A model generated the notes under the pieces. It had not been told where the DNA came from and ran no database searches. It saw nothing but the letters and a program-made list of their open reading frames with translations. This document shows positions 34,937 through 41,590 of a stretch of 43,439 bases of DNA, piece after piece (positions within the stretch are counted from its first letter, which is position 1; every line of letters starts with the position of its first letter). This DNA comes from a virus. The stretch is from positions 1 to 43,439 of the IMG/VR virus record IMGVR_UViG_3300013296_000006, one strand, 5' to 3'. The translations under genes and the position numbers were made by a program.

Positions 34937-35598
34937 TACACCCCACCCATTCTGCGTCTTACCATTTCATCTTGATTTTCGATAGTTACTGACTGTTTGC
35001 TGCCTAGCGTATCTTTACCAATGGCTAAAAACTTGTCAATCGTCGTGGCCCGTATCAGGTAATCAATCTTAAATTCCTTGACCCGCTCGGAATGCCAGTC
35101 GTCGGCGACGAGGGCGCGGAGTGCTAATTTAATTTCCTCCAAAGTAAAAGCATCAAGAGTTTTCTTAGTACCGCGTTCAGGTAAGGTACGGAAACTACGA
35201 CCTGTAATTTCATTCACCAAAGCTAACAAAGATTTCTGTAACTCCACAAAAGACTTATTATTAGTATTGGTATTATGTTTCTGCTTTTGCAGAAGGGGGG
35301 CTTCTGCTTTTGCGTAAGGGTCTTTGGTTATATCAATACCCCTTAAACCGCCGTCGATAACTCTAGTGGAAATAAAACCTTTGGCTTCAAGCTGCTTAAC
35401 CCAAACGCTAATTCTCGTTGGTTGAACTCCATAAAGCTTCGCAAAATATTTATTAGTCGCCCAACACATCCCAGTCATGTTACAGAGCGCGGTTATTTCT
35501 ACGAATAGTATTTTTGCACTTGCAGAAATGTCAGGATCATAACGAACATCTGCGGGCATGACACCATAATAGGTTGGCCGCTCTAGGCTGTTTTCCAT
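34936..35598 (-). CDS. Replisome organizer or replication-initiation HTH protein (220 aa).
   Basis: The winged-helix-like N-terminus (CWATNKYFAKLYGVQPTRISVWVKQLEAKGFI) is typical of phage replication organizers. Lies immediately upstream of helicase and primase. Confidence 0.55.
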   Translation of the reverse strand: MENSLERPTYYGVMPADVRYDPDISASAKILFVEITALCNMTGMCWATNKYFAKLYGVQPTRISVWVKQLEAKGFISTRVIDGGLRGIDITKDPYAKAEAPLLQKQKHNTNTNNKSFVELQKSLLALVNEITGRSFRTLPERGTKKTLDAFTLEEIKLALRALVADDWHSERVKEFKIDYLIRATTIDKFLAIGKDTLGSKQSVTIENQDEMVRRRMGGV

Positions 35599-35674
35599 TT
35601 TAACCTCTTTCTTTTGGTGCTCTTGACAGCCAGTTGGGGCTTTTGGTAAACTTCAGATAGTTGAAGTTTCTCCT

Positions 35675-35704
35675 AAAAGCCTCTGTTGCAGCAGAGCGCT
35701 TTTT
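35675..35704. terminator. Hairpin with flanking A and T runs (bidirectional terminator or attenuator shape).
   Basis: aaaagc ctctgt tgca gcagag c gctttt. The T-run follows the stem on the + strand; TTTT AGGAG follows it on the - strand. Confidence 0.4.
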
Positions 35705-35733
35705 AATTTGTTCTCTGATAGTTGAAGTCAGTA

Positions 35734-35889
35734 TTAAAAGCATAATTCAAACCTTTTATGTTGTCCAGACGCTATATGTGGTGTGCAATTTACCTGCCAT
35801 GATACTAGTTTTGGTATACCCCAAGCTGCTAACAGATACACTAACGCGGTTAGCATTAGGTAGTACCCAATCCACCAGATATTTTTCAT
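35734..35889 (-). CDS. Small membrane protein (51 aa; below the track cut-off).
   Basis: ATGA overlap with the stop of 35886-36230. MKNIWWIGYYLMLTALVYLLAAWGIPKLV... has one TM segment. Confidence 0.4.
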   Translation of the reverse strand: MKNIWWIGYYLMLTALVYLLAAWGIPKLVSWQVNCTPHIASGQHKRFELCF

Positions 35890-36230
35890 GTGTTTTGTTC
35901 AATCCTTCGTTGCATACCAGTAGCAGTTTCGGATGGTGTTACCTGTTGTAACTCCCAACCTTTTAGTCGGCGTTGCTTCCAAACTTCATGTGAAATAGGC
36001 AGATATTCACCTGCTTGTTGTAACTTACGTCGAGCACGGGTAAGACTCTCAAAATTGAAAGTGCGAATTAGCTGCATTTGTTCGGCCGACAAATCAGCGC
36101 CGCTAAACTGTAAAAGCTGAATGATCAACTCTTTATCGCTATCTGTTGGTGGTATACCCGTCATCTGAGACTTTTGGTTATTGGTTAGAATCTCAATCAT
36201 GAGATCATAGTGTTCGGTACTTTTTGCCAT
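35886..36230 (-). CDS. Hypothetical protein (114 aa).
   Basis: TAATG coupling. No family recognised. Confidence 0.5.
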   Translation of the reverse strand: MAKSTEHYDLMIEILTNNQKSQMTGIPPTDSDKELIIQLLQFSGADLSAEQMQLIRTFNFESLTRARRKLQQAGEYLPISHEVWKQRRLKGWELQQVTPSETATGMQRRIEQNT

Positions 36231-36529
36231 TAGAAACTTCCTTTGCCTTTTAGCAATGCTTTTTTACGATGCTGTAATTCATCCTGAAATTCTTCGATTT
36301 TTGCCTCAATTTCCAAAATACTGTCATGTTCAATTTGATCTCGGTATTCAGCTAATATCTTCTCTAGCCACTTGATGCAATTTAGCATGTGGTAGGTATC
36401 CATTTTTCTGATTGGTATTCGTCGGCCGTCTTTAGTTTCCCAGTAGCCAGATTCATACTCGAAGTGTGGTGACTGATCAATCTCATCACCATCGTACATA
36501 TCGTAACCGTTATCTTCAGCCCAGCTCAT
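36230..36529 (-). CDS. Hypothetical protein (99 aa).
   Basis: ATGA coupling with the helicase gene. Confidence 0.5.
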   Translation of the reverse strand: MSWAEDNGYDMYDGDEIDQSPHFEYESGYWETKDGRRIPIRKMDTYHMLNCIKWLEKILAEYRDQIEHDSILEIEAKIEEFQDELQHRKKALLKGKGSF

Positions 36530-37761
36530 TTTATGCTCCTAGCTTTCTTCTTAACTACAAAACTGTACAGTTCACAAGCATCCATGCGGCCAACCTCTGA
36601 CCATACTTCATCACGCCAGCCGTCCTTTTCTTTCAACACTCGGATAGTCTCAACGCGGCCGAGTGTTTCAACCACGCCGACTAGATCGTACACTTGCAGT
36701 ACTTTTAATGGGTTTTCAGGGTCTAAACGTACACCACGGCCTATCATCTGGTAATACAGCGCTAGAGACATCGTAGGCCGTGCCATAACGATACAATCGA
36801 GTTCAGGTACATCAAAGCCTGTGGTAAATACGCCGACGTTAAACAAGTGCTTTACGCGTCCAGCGCGGTAATCAGCAATAATTTGTTCCCTATCGCGTAA
36901 CCGAGTCTTACCCGTCACCATGACTGCGTTAATTCCCATATTTTTCACCATCGCCATTGCCTTTTCAGCCTGACTAATCTTGGCACAAAATATTAGGGTA
37001 CGCTTATTATTTTCATCAGAATAGCGCACCGCGGCCGCAATTCTACTTAAACGCTTCTGGTTCCAGTAGCGCTTCATGCTCTCATCGGTGAAGTCAGCGC
37101 CAGTTGTGTTGACTACTAGATCATCAAGCTCAACGCTATCTGTAAAGTATTCAATTGGTGATAAATAGCCTGCTTCGATTAGATCACCCGTTTCGATTTT
37201 GTACTTGATGCTACGGAAAAATGGGGTGCGGCTAATGCGGTTTACCATCTTGAGGCTAGCTGTAGCACTTAGGATGCCCCAATTATCACGAGTCCATAGC
37301 GTATCAATGCGGTAAGGTGTGGCAGTCAAACCACAAACATGGTTACAGTTGATGGCTTTTAAAAAGCTAGTGAGCATCCCTGTTTCGCGCTTTGGGTTGA
37401 CACCGTGGCACTCATCAATCAAAACATACTTAAAGTGTGCAAATTTCTCTGGTTGCTTGTAAATGCTGCCAATGGTGGCAAAGGTGAATTTAGCAATCTC
37501 TTTACGGCCCTTACTAGCACTATAAATGCCAACATCTAGGTTTGGGTTATAGCTCAGTAGTTTTTGAAAGTTTTGCTCCAGTATTTCTTTGGAGGGTTGC
37601 AGTATCAGTATCGGCTGGTTAATACGGTGGCAGATGTCAGCTATAATCAGTGACTTACCCGCACCAGTAGCAGCCTGGATAATAAACGGATGTTTTTCTT
37701 TGGTGAGTCCTTCGACGGCTGCGTTACTAGCATCTATCTGGTAATCTCTAAGTTTATACAT
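36526..37761 (-). CDS. Superfamily 2 DEAD/DEAH-type helicase.
   Basis: ATG at 37761 with GAGGA upstream (the track start at 37773 is TTG). Motifs: QAATGAGKS (I), LIDECH (II), GLTATP (III), QMIGRGVR (VI). Confidence 0.8.
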   Translation of the reverse strand: MYKLRDYQIDASNAAVEGLTKEKHPFIIQAATGAGKSLIIADICHRINQPILILQPSKEILEQNFQKLLSYNPNLDVGIYSASKGRKEIAKFTFATIGSIYKQPEKFAHFKYVLIDECHGVNPKRETGMLTSFLKAINCNHVCGLTATPYRIDTLWTRDNWGILSATASLKMVNRISRTPFFRSIKYKIETGDLIEAGYLSPIEYFTDSVELDDLVVNTTGADFTDESMKRYWNQKRLSRIAAAVRYSDENNKRTLIFCAKISQAEKAMAMVKNMGINAVMVTGKTRLRDREQIIADYRAGRVKHLFNVGVFTTGFDVPELDCIVMARPTMSLALYYQMIGRGVRLDPENPLKVLQVYDLVGVVETLGRVETIRVLKEKDGWRDEVWSEVGRMDACELYSFVVKKKARSIK

Positions 37762-38161
37762 GTCGTTCCTCAAATGGGTTTTCTCTTATTGCAGCCATAG
37801 CTTTAAGGCACATATCAGCGTCAAAATTACCAATATGACATTCTTGCGGGCTGAGTTTTAAAATGCGTTGTAAGTAGCCGTATACCTTGCCCCGTGCTTT
37901 TTTGCGCGAGTGATAGCTAGTATTTTGCCATAACGGGTCAACAATGGCGTGTAGTTTACGGCGCATAGCTTTGGTTTGTTCATCAGGTATATTGCCTAGT
38001 GGCTTACCGTTTGGATGTACACCGACTGAGCCGCGACATACGGGAAAGCGATCACAGATGTATGCTTTCCCGTTGCCGAAGCTTTTACCACCGTACAATA
38101 GGCTGTTGTTTCTTAGGTGAGCTGGTGAGCCACAATAACATGTTACAGGGTATTCTTTCAT
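37754..38161 (-). CDS. Zinc-finger protein, DUF3268-like.
   Basis: CYCGSPA...YICDRFPVCRGSVGVHPNGKPLG...LHAIVDPLW...CHIGNFD matches my recollection of the DUF3268 zinc-finger family common in phages. Confidence 0.5.
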   Translation of the reverse strand: MKEYPVTCYCGSPAHLRNNSLLYGGKSFGNGKAYICDRFPVCRGSVGVHPNGKPLGNIPDEQTKAMRRKLHAIVDPLWQNTSYHSRKKARGKVYGYLQRILKLSPQECHIGNFDADMCLKAMAAIRENPFEERHV

Positions 38162-38177
38162 AGATTACCTTAAATAG

Positions 38178-38399
38178 TTAGACCATTACTGTTAAAGCTA
38201 GTTCAGCTTCTTGTTTATTAGGGTACCATTTTGCAAAATCGTGTTTATCGCCAAGTTTAGGTGATTGGAATAATACCCAACCTTTTTTTCTTAATGGTTC
38301 GTGCATTGTGCCACTGCCAGTTGTCATCCAATAACTTTTATCCATTCCACTTACGTCAACGATTGCGTTAAAGTCTTTTACTTGTGCTATCCGTGTCAT
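38178..38399 (-). CDS. Hypothetical protein (73 aa).
   Basis: ATG ORF with TAATG coupling to the upstream small ORF. Confidence 0.5.
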   Translation of the reverse strand: MTRIAQVKDFNAIVDVSGMDKSYWMTTGSGTMHEPLRKKGWVLFQSPKLGDKHDFAKWYPNKQEAELALTVMV

Positions 38400-38548
38400 T
38401 ATAGGTTACACTCTAGCCATTTCTGACCCTGGCTATTGCCGATGATCTCACAGTTGTTTTTGTAGTTGTGAACTGCTAGCTGCGCGCTTACAATTCCGAA
38501 GGTTAGTAATGCTATGATTAACAGCAGTACTTTGGTGGATTTACGCAT
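38399..38548 (-). CDS. Small signal- or TM-containing protein (49 aa; below the track cut-off).
   Basis: TAATG overlaps at both ends. Translates MRKSTKVLLLIIALLTFGIVSAQLAVHNYKNNCEIIGNSQGQKWLECNL. Confidence 0.4.
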   Translation of the reverse strand: MRKSTKVLLLIIALLTFGIVSAQLAVHNYKNNCEIIGNSQGQKWLECNL

Positions 38549-38850
38549 TATTTTACCTCCTGATGTATTGGTGCACCTTCGCCATAATCGGCAATGATTT
38601 GTTTGCTATTATCAGCTTTAAAGCCATTTTGCTTTAGAAATTCCTTGATGTGGCGCAAGGTAGTTACGCTATAGGTGTCAAACACCATAGGTTTACCGCC
38701 TTTGATACTAGCCACATGTGTATCGTAGCTCCAAAGTCGTTTGGTTCCGTCTTCGTTGATTTCAATGCGTGCCTTGCCATAAAAGCTGGCACGAGTATCA
38801 TAACGTGGGTGCAGCTCGTAAGTTGCGGGTTCTCCTTGTTGAGTATCCAT
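38548..38850 (-). CDS. Conserved-looking hypothetical protein (100 aa).
   Basis: ATG ORF. The FYGKARIE...LWSYDTHVA...SVTTLRHIKEFLKQNG pattern looks like a recurrent phage or plasmid family, but I cannot name it. Confidence 0.5.
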   Translation of the reverse strand: MDTQQGEPATYELHPRYDTRASFYGKARIEINEDGTKRLWSYDTHVASIKGGKPMVFDTYSVTTLRHIKEFLKQNGFKADNSKQIIADYGEGAPIHQEVK

Positions 38851-38875
38851 AATGATTTTTCCTTAATCTGGTCAA

Positions 38876-38956
38876 TTAGACCGCGAGTGATTTATTTAGT
38901 AATGACTTAATGAATTTGTCTACTGGCGTACTGCCATTAGTCAACTCGTATTCCAT
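38876..38956 (-). CDS. Tiny ORF (26 aa).
   Basis: Minus-strand ATG at 38956. Translates MEYELTNGSTPVDKFIKSLLNKSLAV. Confidence 0.2.
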   Translation of the reverse strand: MEYELTNGSTPVDKFIKSLLNKSLAV

Positions 38957-38959
38957 GAT

Positions 38960-39034
38960 TTACCCCTTGTGAATGATCTTGCGTGGTGCGCGTGATTCAA
39001 TTCGTTTAGTGCTGTAGTGTACAAACATAATCAT
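38960..39034 (-). CDS. Tiny basic ORF (24 aa), the first ORF of the early operon.
   Basis: Perfect AAGGAG 9 nt upstream of the ATG at 39034. Translates MIMFVHYSTKRIESRAPRKIIHKG. Confidence 0.3.
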   Translation of the reverse strand: MIMFVHYSTKRIESRAPRKIIHKG

Positions 39035-39215
39035 TTTATTATGCTCCTTTTAGTGTTTTTGTTTTGGTAGGGTGGCTAGGTTTAACGCCTAGCCATTATT
39101 CCCTGTTAGTTCGAATGGTTGAGCTAGTAGCTTGCTGTTTGTAGTTTAGGGCTTACACCTACTGCTAGCTGTTCCGTTCGATGTGTCGCTTGCCGTGTAA
39201 CAATTGACTGTTTAC

Positions 39216-39244
39216 ATACTATCACGCCATAAGCAGCATGTCAA
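39216..39244 (-). promoter_or_regulatory. Main leftward (early) promoter (TTGACA-17-TAGTAT).
   Basis: Minus strand reads TTGACAtgctgCTTATGGcgtgaTAGTAT. No minus-strand gene lies to its right. Confidence 0.65.
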
Positions 39245-39284
39245 TACCTTTTACATAAGGCTGTGTATAACTCTATTAAAATGC

Positions 39285-39313
39285 TTGTTTTACCTCTGTT
39301 AGTAGCGTATAAT
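39285..39313 (+). promoter_or_regulatory. Rightward promoter (TTGTTT-17-TATAAT).
   Basis: ttgttt at 39285-39290 and tataat at 39308-39313. It diverges from the leftward promoter 40 bp away. Confidence 0.5.
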
Positions 39314-39361
39314 TATAAGTAATAAATCATCACTTAACCATTAACAATTTAGCTTTGTAAC

Positions 39362-39401
39362 GTGTATATCTCGCCACAATCGCGGCAATAATGATATACA
39401 C
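39362..39401. promoter_or_regulatory. 9-bp perfect inverted repeat, GTGTATATC-N22-GATATACAC (operator-like).
   Basis: Arms at 39362-39370 and 39393-39401. It ends 6 nt before the -35 of the promoter at 39408-39435. Confidence 0.45.
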
Positions 39402-39407
39402 ACCGCC

Positions 39408-39435
39408 TTGCTGCCGTTTTTCAGCATGATATAAT
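39408..39435 (+). promoter_or_regulatory. Rightward extended -10 promoter (TTGCTG-16-TGaTATAAT) placed for a leaderless transcript.
   Basis: The -10 TATAAT at 39430-39435 ends 6 nt before the ATG at 39442. No SD site lies between them. Confidence 0.5.
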
Positions 39436-39441
39436 TCACAT

Positions 39442-39822
39442 ATGTCAACAACAGAAAAACAAAAGCGTCAGTATCATAAAATCACACCTGAACAGATTGC
39501 AGGGCTTGAAGCATTGACCGCATTACTTGGCAATGGCTCAGCGGCAGTACGCGCTATGACTCCTTCTGTACGTGATCCAGGAAGGCGAGCATTTAATATA
39601 GCCAAGAAAAGCAAGGGAGAGAGCGCAGAGCTTTTTATAGATAAGCAGTTACAGGCTATTGGAATTGACGCGATAAATAGAATTGGTGAGATTGTTGCAA
39701 GCCCTGATGAAAAAACAGCACTGAAAGCAGCACAATACGCTGTTGATCATATCAGGGGTCAAGCTACTAAAAAGTCTATTTCTTTGGTCGGAAAAGCTAA
39801 TATTCAGAACCTTTTAGATTAG
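39442..39822 (+). CDS. Terminase small subunit-like DNA-binding protein (126 aa).
   Basis: HTH-like N-terminal half (LLGNGSAAVRAMTPSVRDPGRRAFNIAKKS). The C-terminal ALKAAQYAVDHIRGQATKK resembles the conserved helix of Terminase_2-type TerS proteins. Not verified by search. Confidence 0.45.
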   Translation: MSTTEKQKRQYHKITPEQIAGLEALTALLGNGSAAVRAMTPSVRDPGRRAFNIAKKSKGESAELFIDKQLQAIGIDAINRIGEIVASPDEKTALKAAQYAVDHIRGQATKKSISLVGKANIQNLLD

Positions 39823-39850
39823 ACGCACGTACAGCCGTTTTAAAGCGTTT

Positions 39851-39998
39851 TTAGCGTAACAGCCGTACTTTCTTTGGTGCTTAGCGTAACAGTACAGTCG
39901 CACACTATTCATTCTACGACACTGCTATCAGGGGTGATAGCGTAACAGTCTTAGCGTAACAGTTCCCTACGCTATATATGGGGTGGTGTTACGCTAAC
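39851..39998. repeat. Left cluster of the TTAGCGTAACA(G) motif: four forward copies and one inverted copy.
   Basis: Forward copies at 39851-39862, 39881-39892, 39937-39948 (ATAGCGTAACAG) and 39951-39962. Inverted copy TGTTACGCTAAC at 39987-39998. Confidence 0.9.
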
Positions 39999-40152
39999 TT
40001 ATGCCATCATTGCAAGGTTAGAGTTTGATGGCTGGGTATCATTGACGGCGTTTCAAAACGGCATGGGGGTACACGACGACTTGTGGTGCAGCTTGACAGG
40101 CAGTTTTATGAACGTAGTGAGCAGTTACCCTACCCCCATCCTCTCTTCGACC

Positions 40153-40185
40153 TATAAAAATTTTCCAGTATATTTTTTAAAACAC
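40153..40185. other. AT-rich core between the two motif clusters.
   Basis: tataaaaattttccagtatattttttaaaacac. Confidence 0.6.
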
Positions 40186-40368
40186 TACCTCTTATATACC
40201 TCTATGAGCCATGTACAGCCCGTCTGATAGACTTTAGACAGGCAAGTGGCATCGACTACAGCTACAGCCCAGTAACAGCGGTATGGGCGCGGATTCCTTT
40301 TAAATAAGTCGCCGAACGTGCAATACGGCATCCCCAACTATGACTCGGATCAAATACGTGTACCGTTT

Positions 40369-40412
40369 TGTTACGCTAACTTGTTTTTGTTACGCTAACT
40401 TGTTACGCTAAC
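40369..40412. repeat. Right cluster: three tandem inverted-orientation copies (TTGTTACGCTAACTT).
   Basis: Copies at 40369-40380, 40388-40399 and 40401-40412. The last ends 3 nt before the ATG at 40416. Confidence 0.9.
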
Positions 40413-40415
40413 TTC

Positions 40416-40607
40416 ATGGCAGAAATAAAAACAGAAATGGATTTTTTATTAGAAATGGAGTGGCGCTTGCAATTGGACTTGAATCAGGTTCAGCAGCGTA
40501 TCGGTGAGTTATTAGCAACTAAAGAGGTTGAGTTGGGTGAAGAGGTACACGCCATGCGCCGCGCCCGCTTTTCGGTAGTACCTGATCTACCAGATGGAGT
40601 CGCATGA
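40416..40607 (+). CDS. Small coiled-coil protein (63 aa).
   Basis: ATG ORF with ATGA coupling to the RecA-like gene. Confidence 0.5.
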   Translation: MAEIKTEMDFLLEMEWRLQLDLNQVQQRIGELLATKEVELGEEVHAMRRARFSVVPDLPDGVA

Positions 40608-41590
40608 AAAAGATTTGTGAAAACTGTAAAGAGGAGTTTGACGCAAAGCGGAAGACGGCTAAGTATTGTTCGTCGAAATGCCGTGTTGAAGCGGCACGGG
40701 GTAGTGATGTGTCCGATCTGCAGCCAGGAATGCTTGAGAGCAAAAATTCAAAGAGCAAGGTAGGTGCAACTCCTACGTCGGACTCCAAACCGTATGATCG
40801 TGAGAAAAACTTACAGGCGTTTATAAAAATGGGGGTAGCGAAAGTTGAGTGGATTCCTACGGGTATGCCCGACTTTGACGCGCTGACTATGATCCCACGA
40901 GGCCGTATAACGCAAATACAGGGCCGCTACGGTGCGGGAAAGACTACGTTGTGTCTGAACATGATTAAAGGCTTAAAAGGCCGCAAAGTGCTTTATATTG
41001 ACGCAGAAGCAGCTCTCAATCCACATCTTTTGGTGGATTTAGAAATTGAGGCCAAGAATTTTACGCTTTACAACGAGTCGAATTATATCGAGGATATCAG
41101 TGAAGTTATTAGGGTCGGCGCTAAAAACGGCCAGTACGATATTATCGTGCTCGATTCGGTGCCGATGACGAGCACCAAAACTATAGAAGCTAGTGATATA
41201 ACCAGTAAGAACATCGGTCAAAAAGCTTTTATCATTCATAAGCTAGTCGAGTTAATCGCCATGGATTTAAAGCGGACCAATACGGCTATGGTGTTTATTA
41301 ACCAGGTCCGCGACGTAATCGGTACGCCGTACCCTGATACCTACACGCCTGGCGGTACGGGTATACCCTTCCAAGCCAGTCTTATTGTGCAACTGCGGTC
41401 CGCGAAGTCATGGCGCTTTCCGCAAGCTAAAAAAGGTAGCAAATCCCATGTCTTTTTAGGCCAAGAAGTTGAAGCTACGATTATAAAATCTAAGGTGAAT
41501 AATCCTGGCCGCGTTGCAAAATTCAAACTGTTCTACCCTAACCCAACGGAACTACCGTTAGAGGCCATCGACACTAAAGAGGACTTCTAA
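40604..41590 (+). CDS. Zinc-ribbon plus RecA-like recombinase/ATPase (328 aa).
   Basis: N-terminal CENCKEEFDAKRKTAKYCSSKCR. The core matches RecA: IPTGMPDFDALT..IPRGRITQIQGRYGAGKTTLCL (Walker A), IIVLDSV (Walker B), FINQVRDVIGTPYPDTYTPGGTGIPFQASLIVQLR. Confidence 0.75.
   Translation: MKKICENCKEEFDAKRKTAKYCSSKCRVEAARGSDVSDLQPGMLESKNSKSKVGATPTSDSKPYDREKNLQAFIKMGVAKVEWIPTGMPDFDALTMIPRGRITQIQGRYGAGKTTLCLNMIKGLKGRKVLYIDAEAALNPHLLVDLEIEAKNFTLYNESNYIEDISEVIRVGAKNGQYDIIVLDSVPMTSTKTIEASDITSKNIGQKAFIIHKLVELIAMDLKRTNTAMVFINQVRDVIGTPYPDTYTPGGTGIPFQASLIVQLRSAKSWRFPQAKKGSKSHVFLGQEVEATIIKSKVNNPGRVAKFKLFYPNPTELPLEAIDTKEDF

Noticed and set aside
35661-35951. 96-aa + strand ORF opposite the early operon.
   Set aside because: It starts at TTG and is hydrophobic nonsense antisense to coupled minus-strand genes. 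Only the promoter and hairpin signals upstream of it are kept, as a finding.
40042-40227. 61-aa ORF in the non-coding repeat region.
   Set aside because: It has a non-ATG start, no SD site and an odd composition. It crosses the AT-rich core. I treat the region as non-coding.
39851-40412. The motif array considered as a CRISPR array.
   Set aside because: The repeats are only 11-12 nt, irregularly spaced (13-30 nt and then a ~370-nt gap), and present in both orientations. There are no cas genes.
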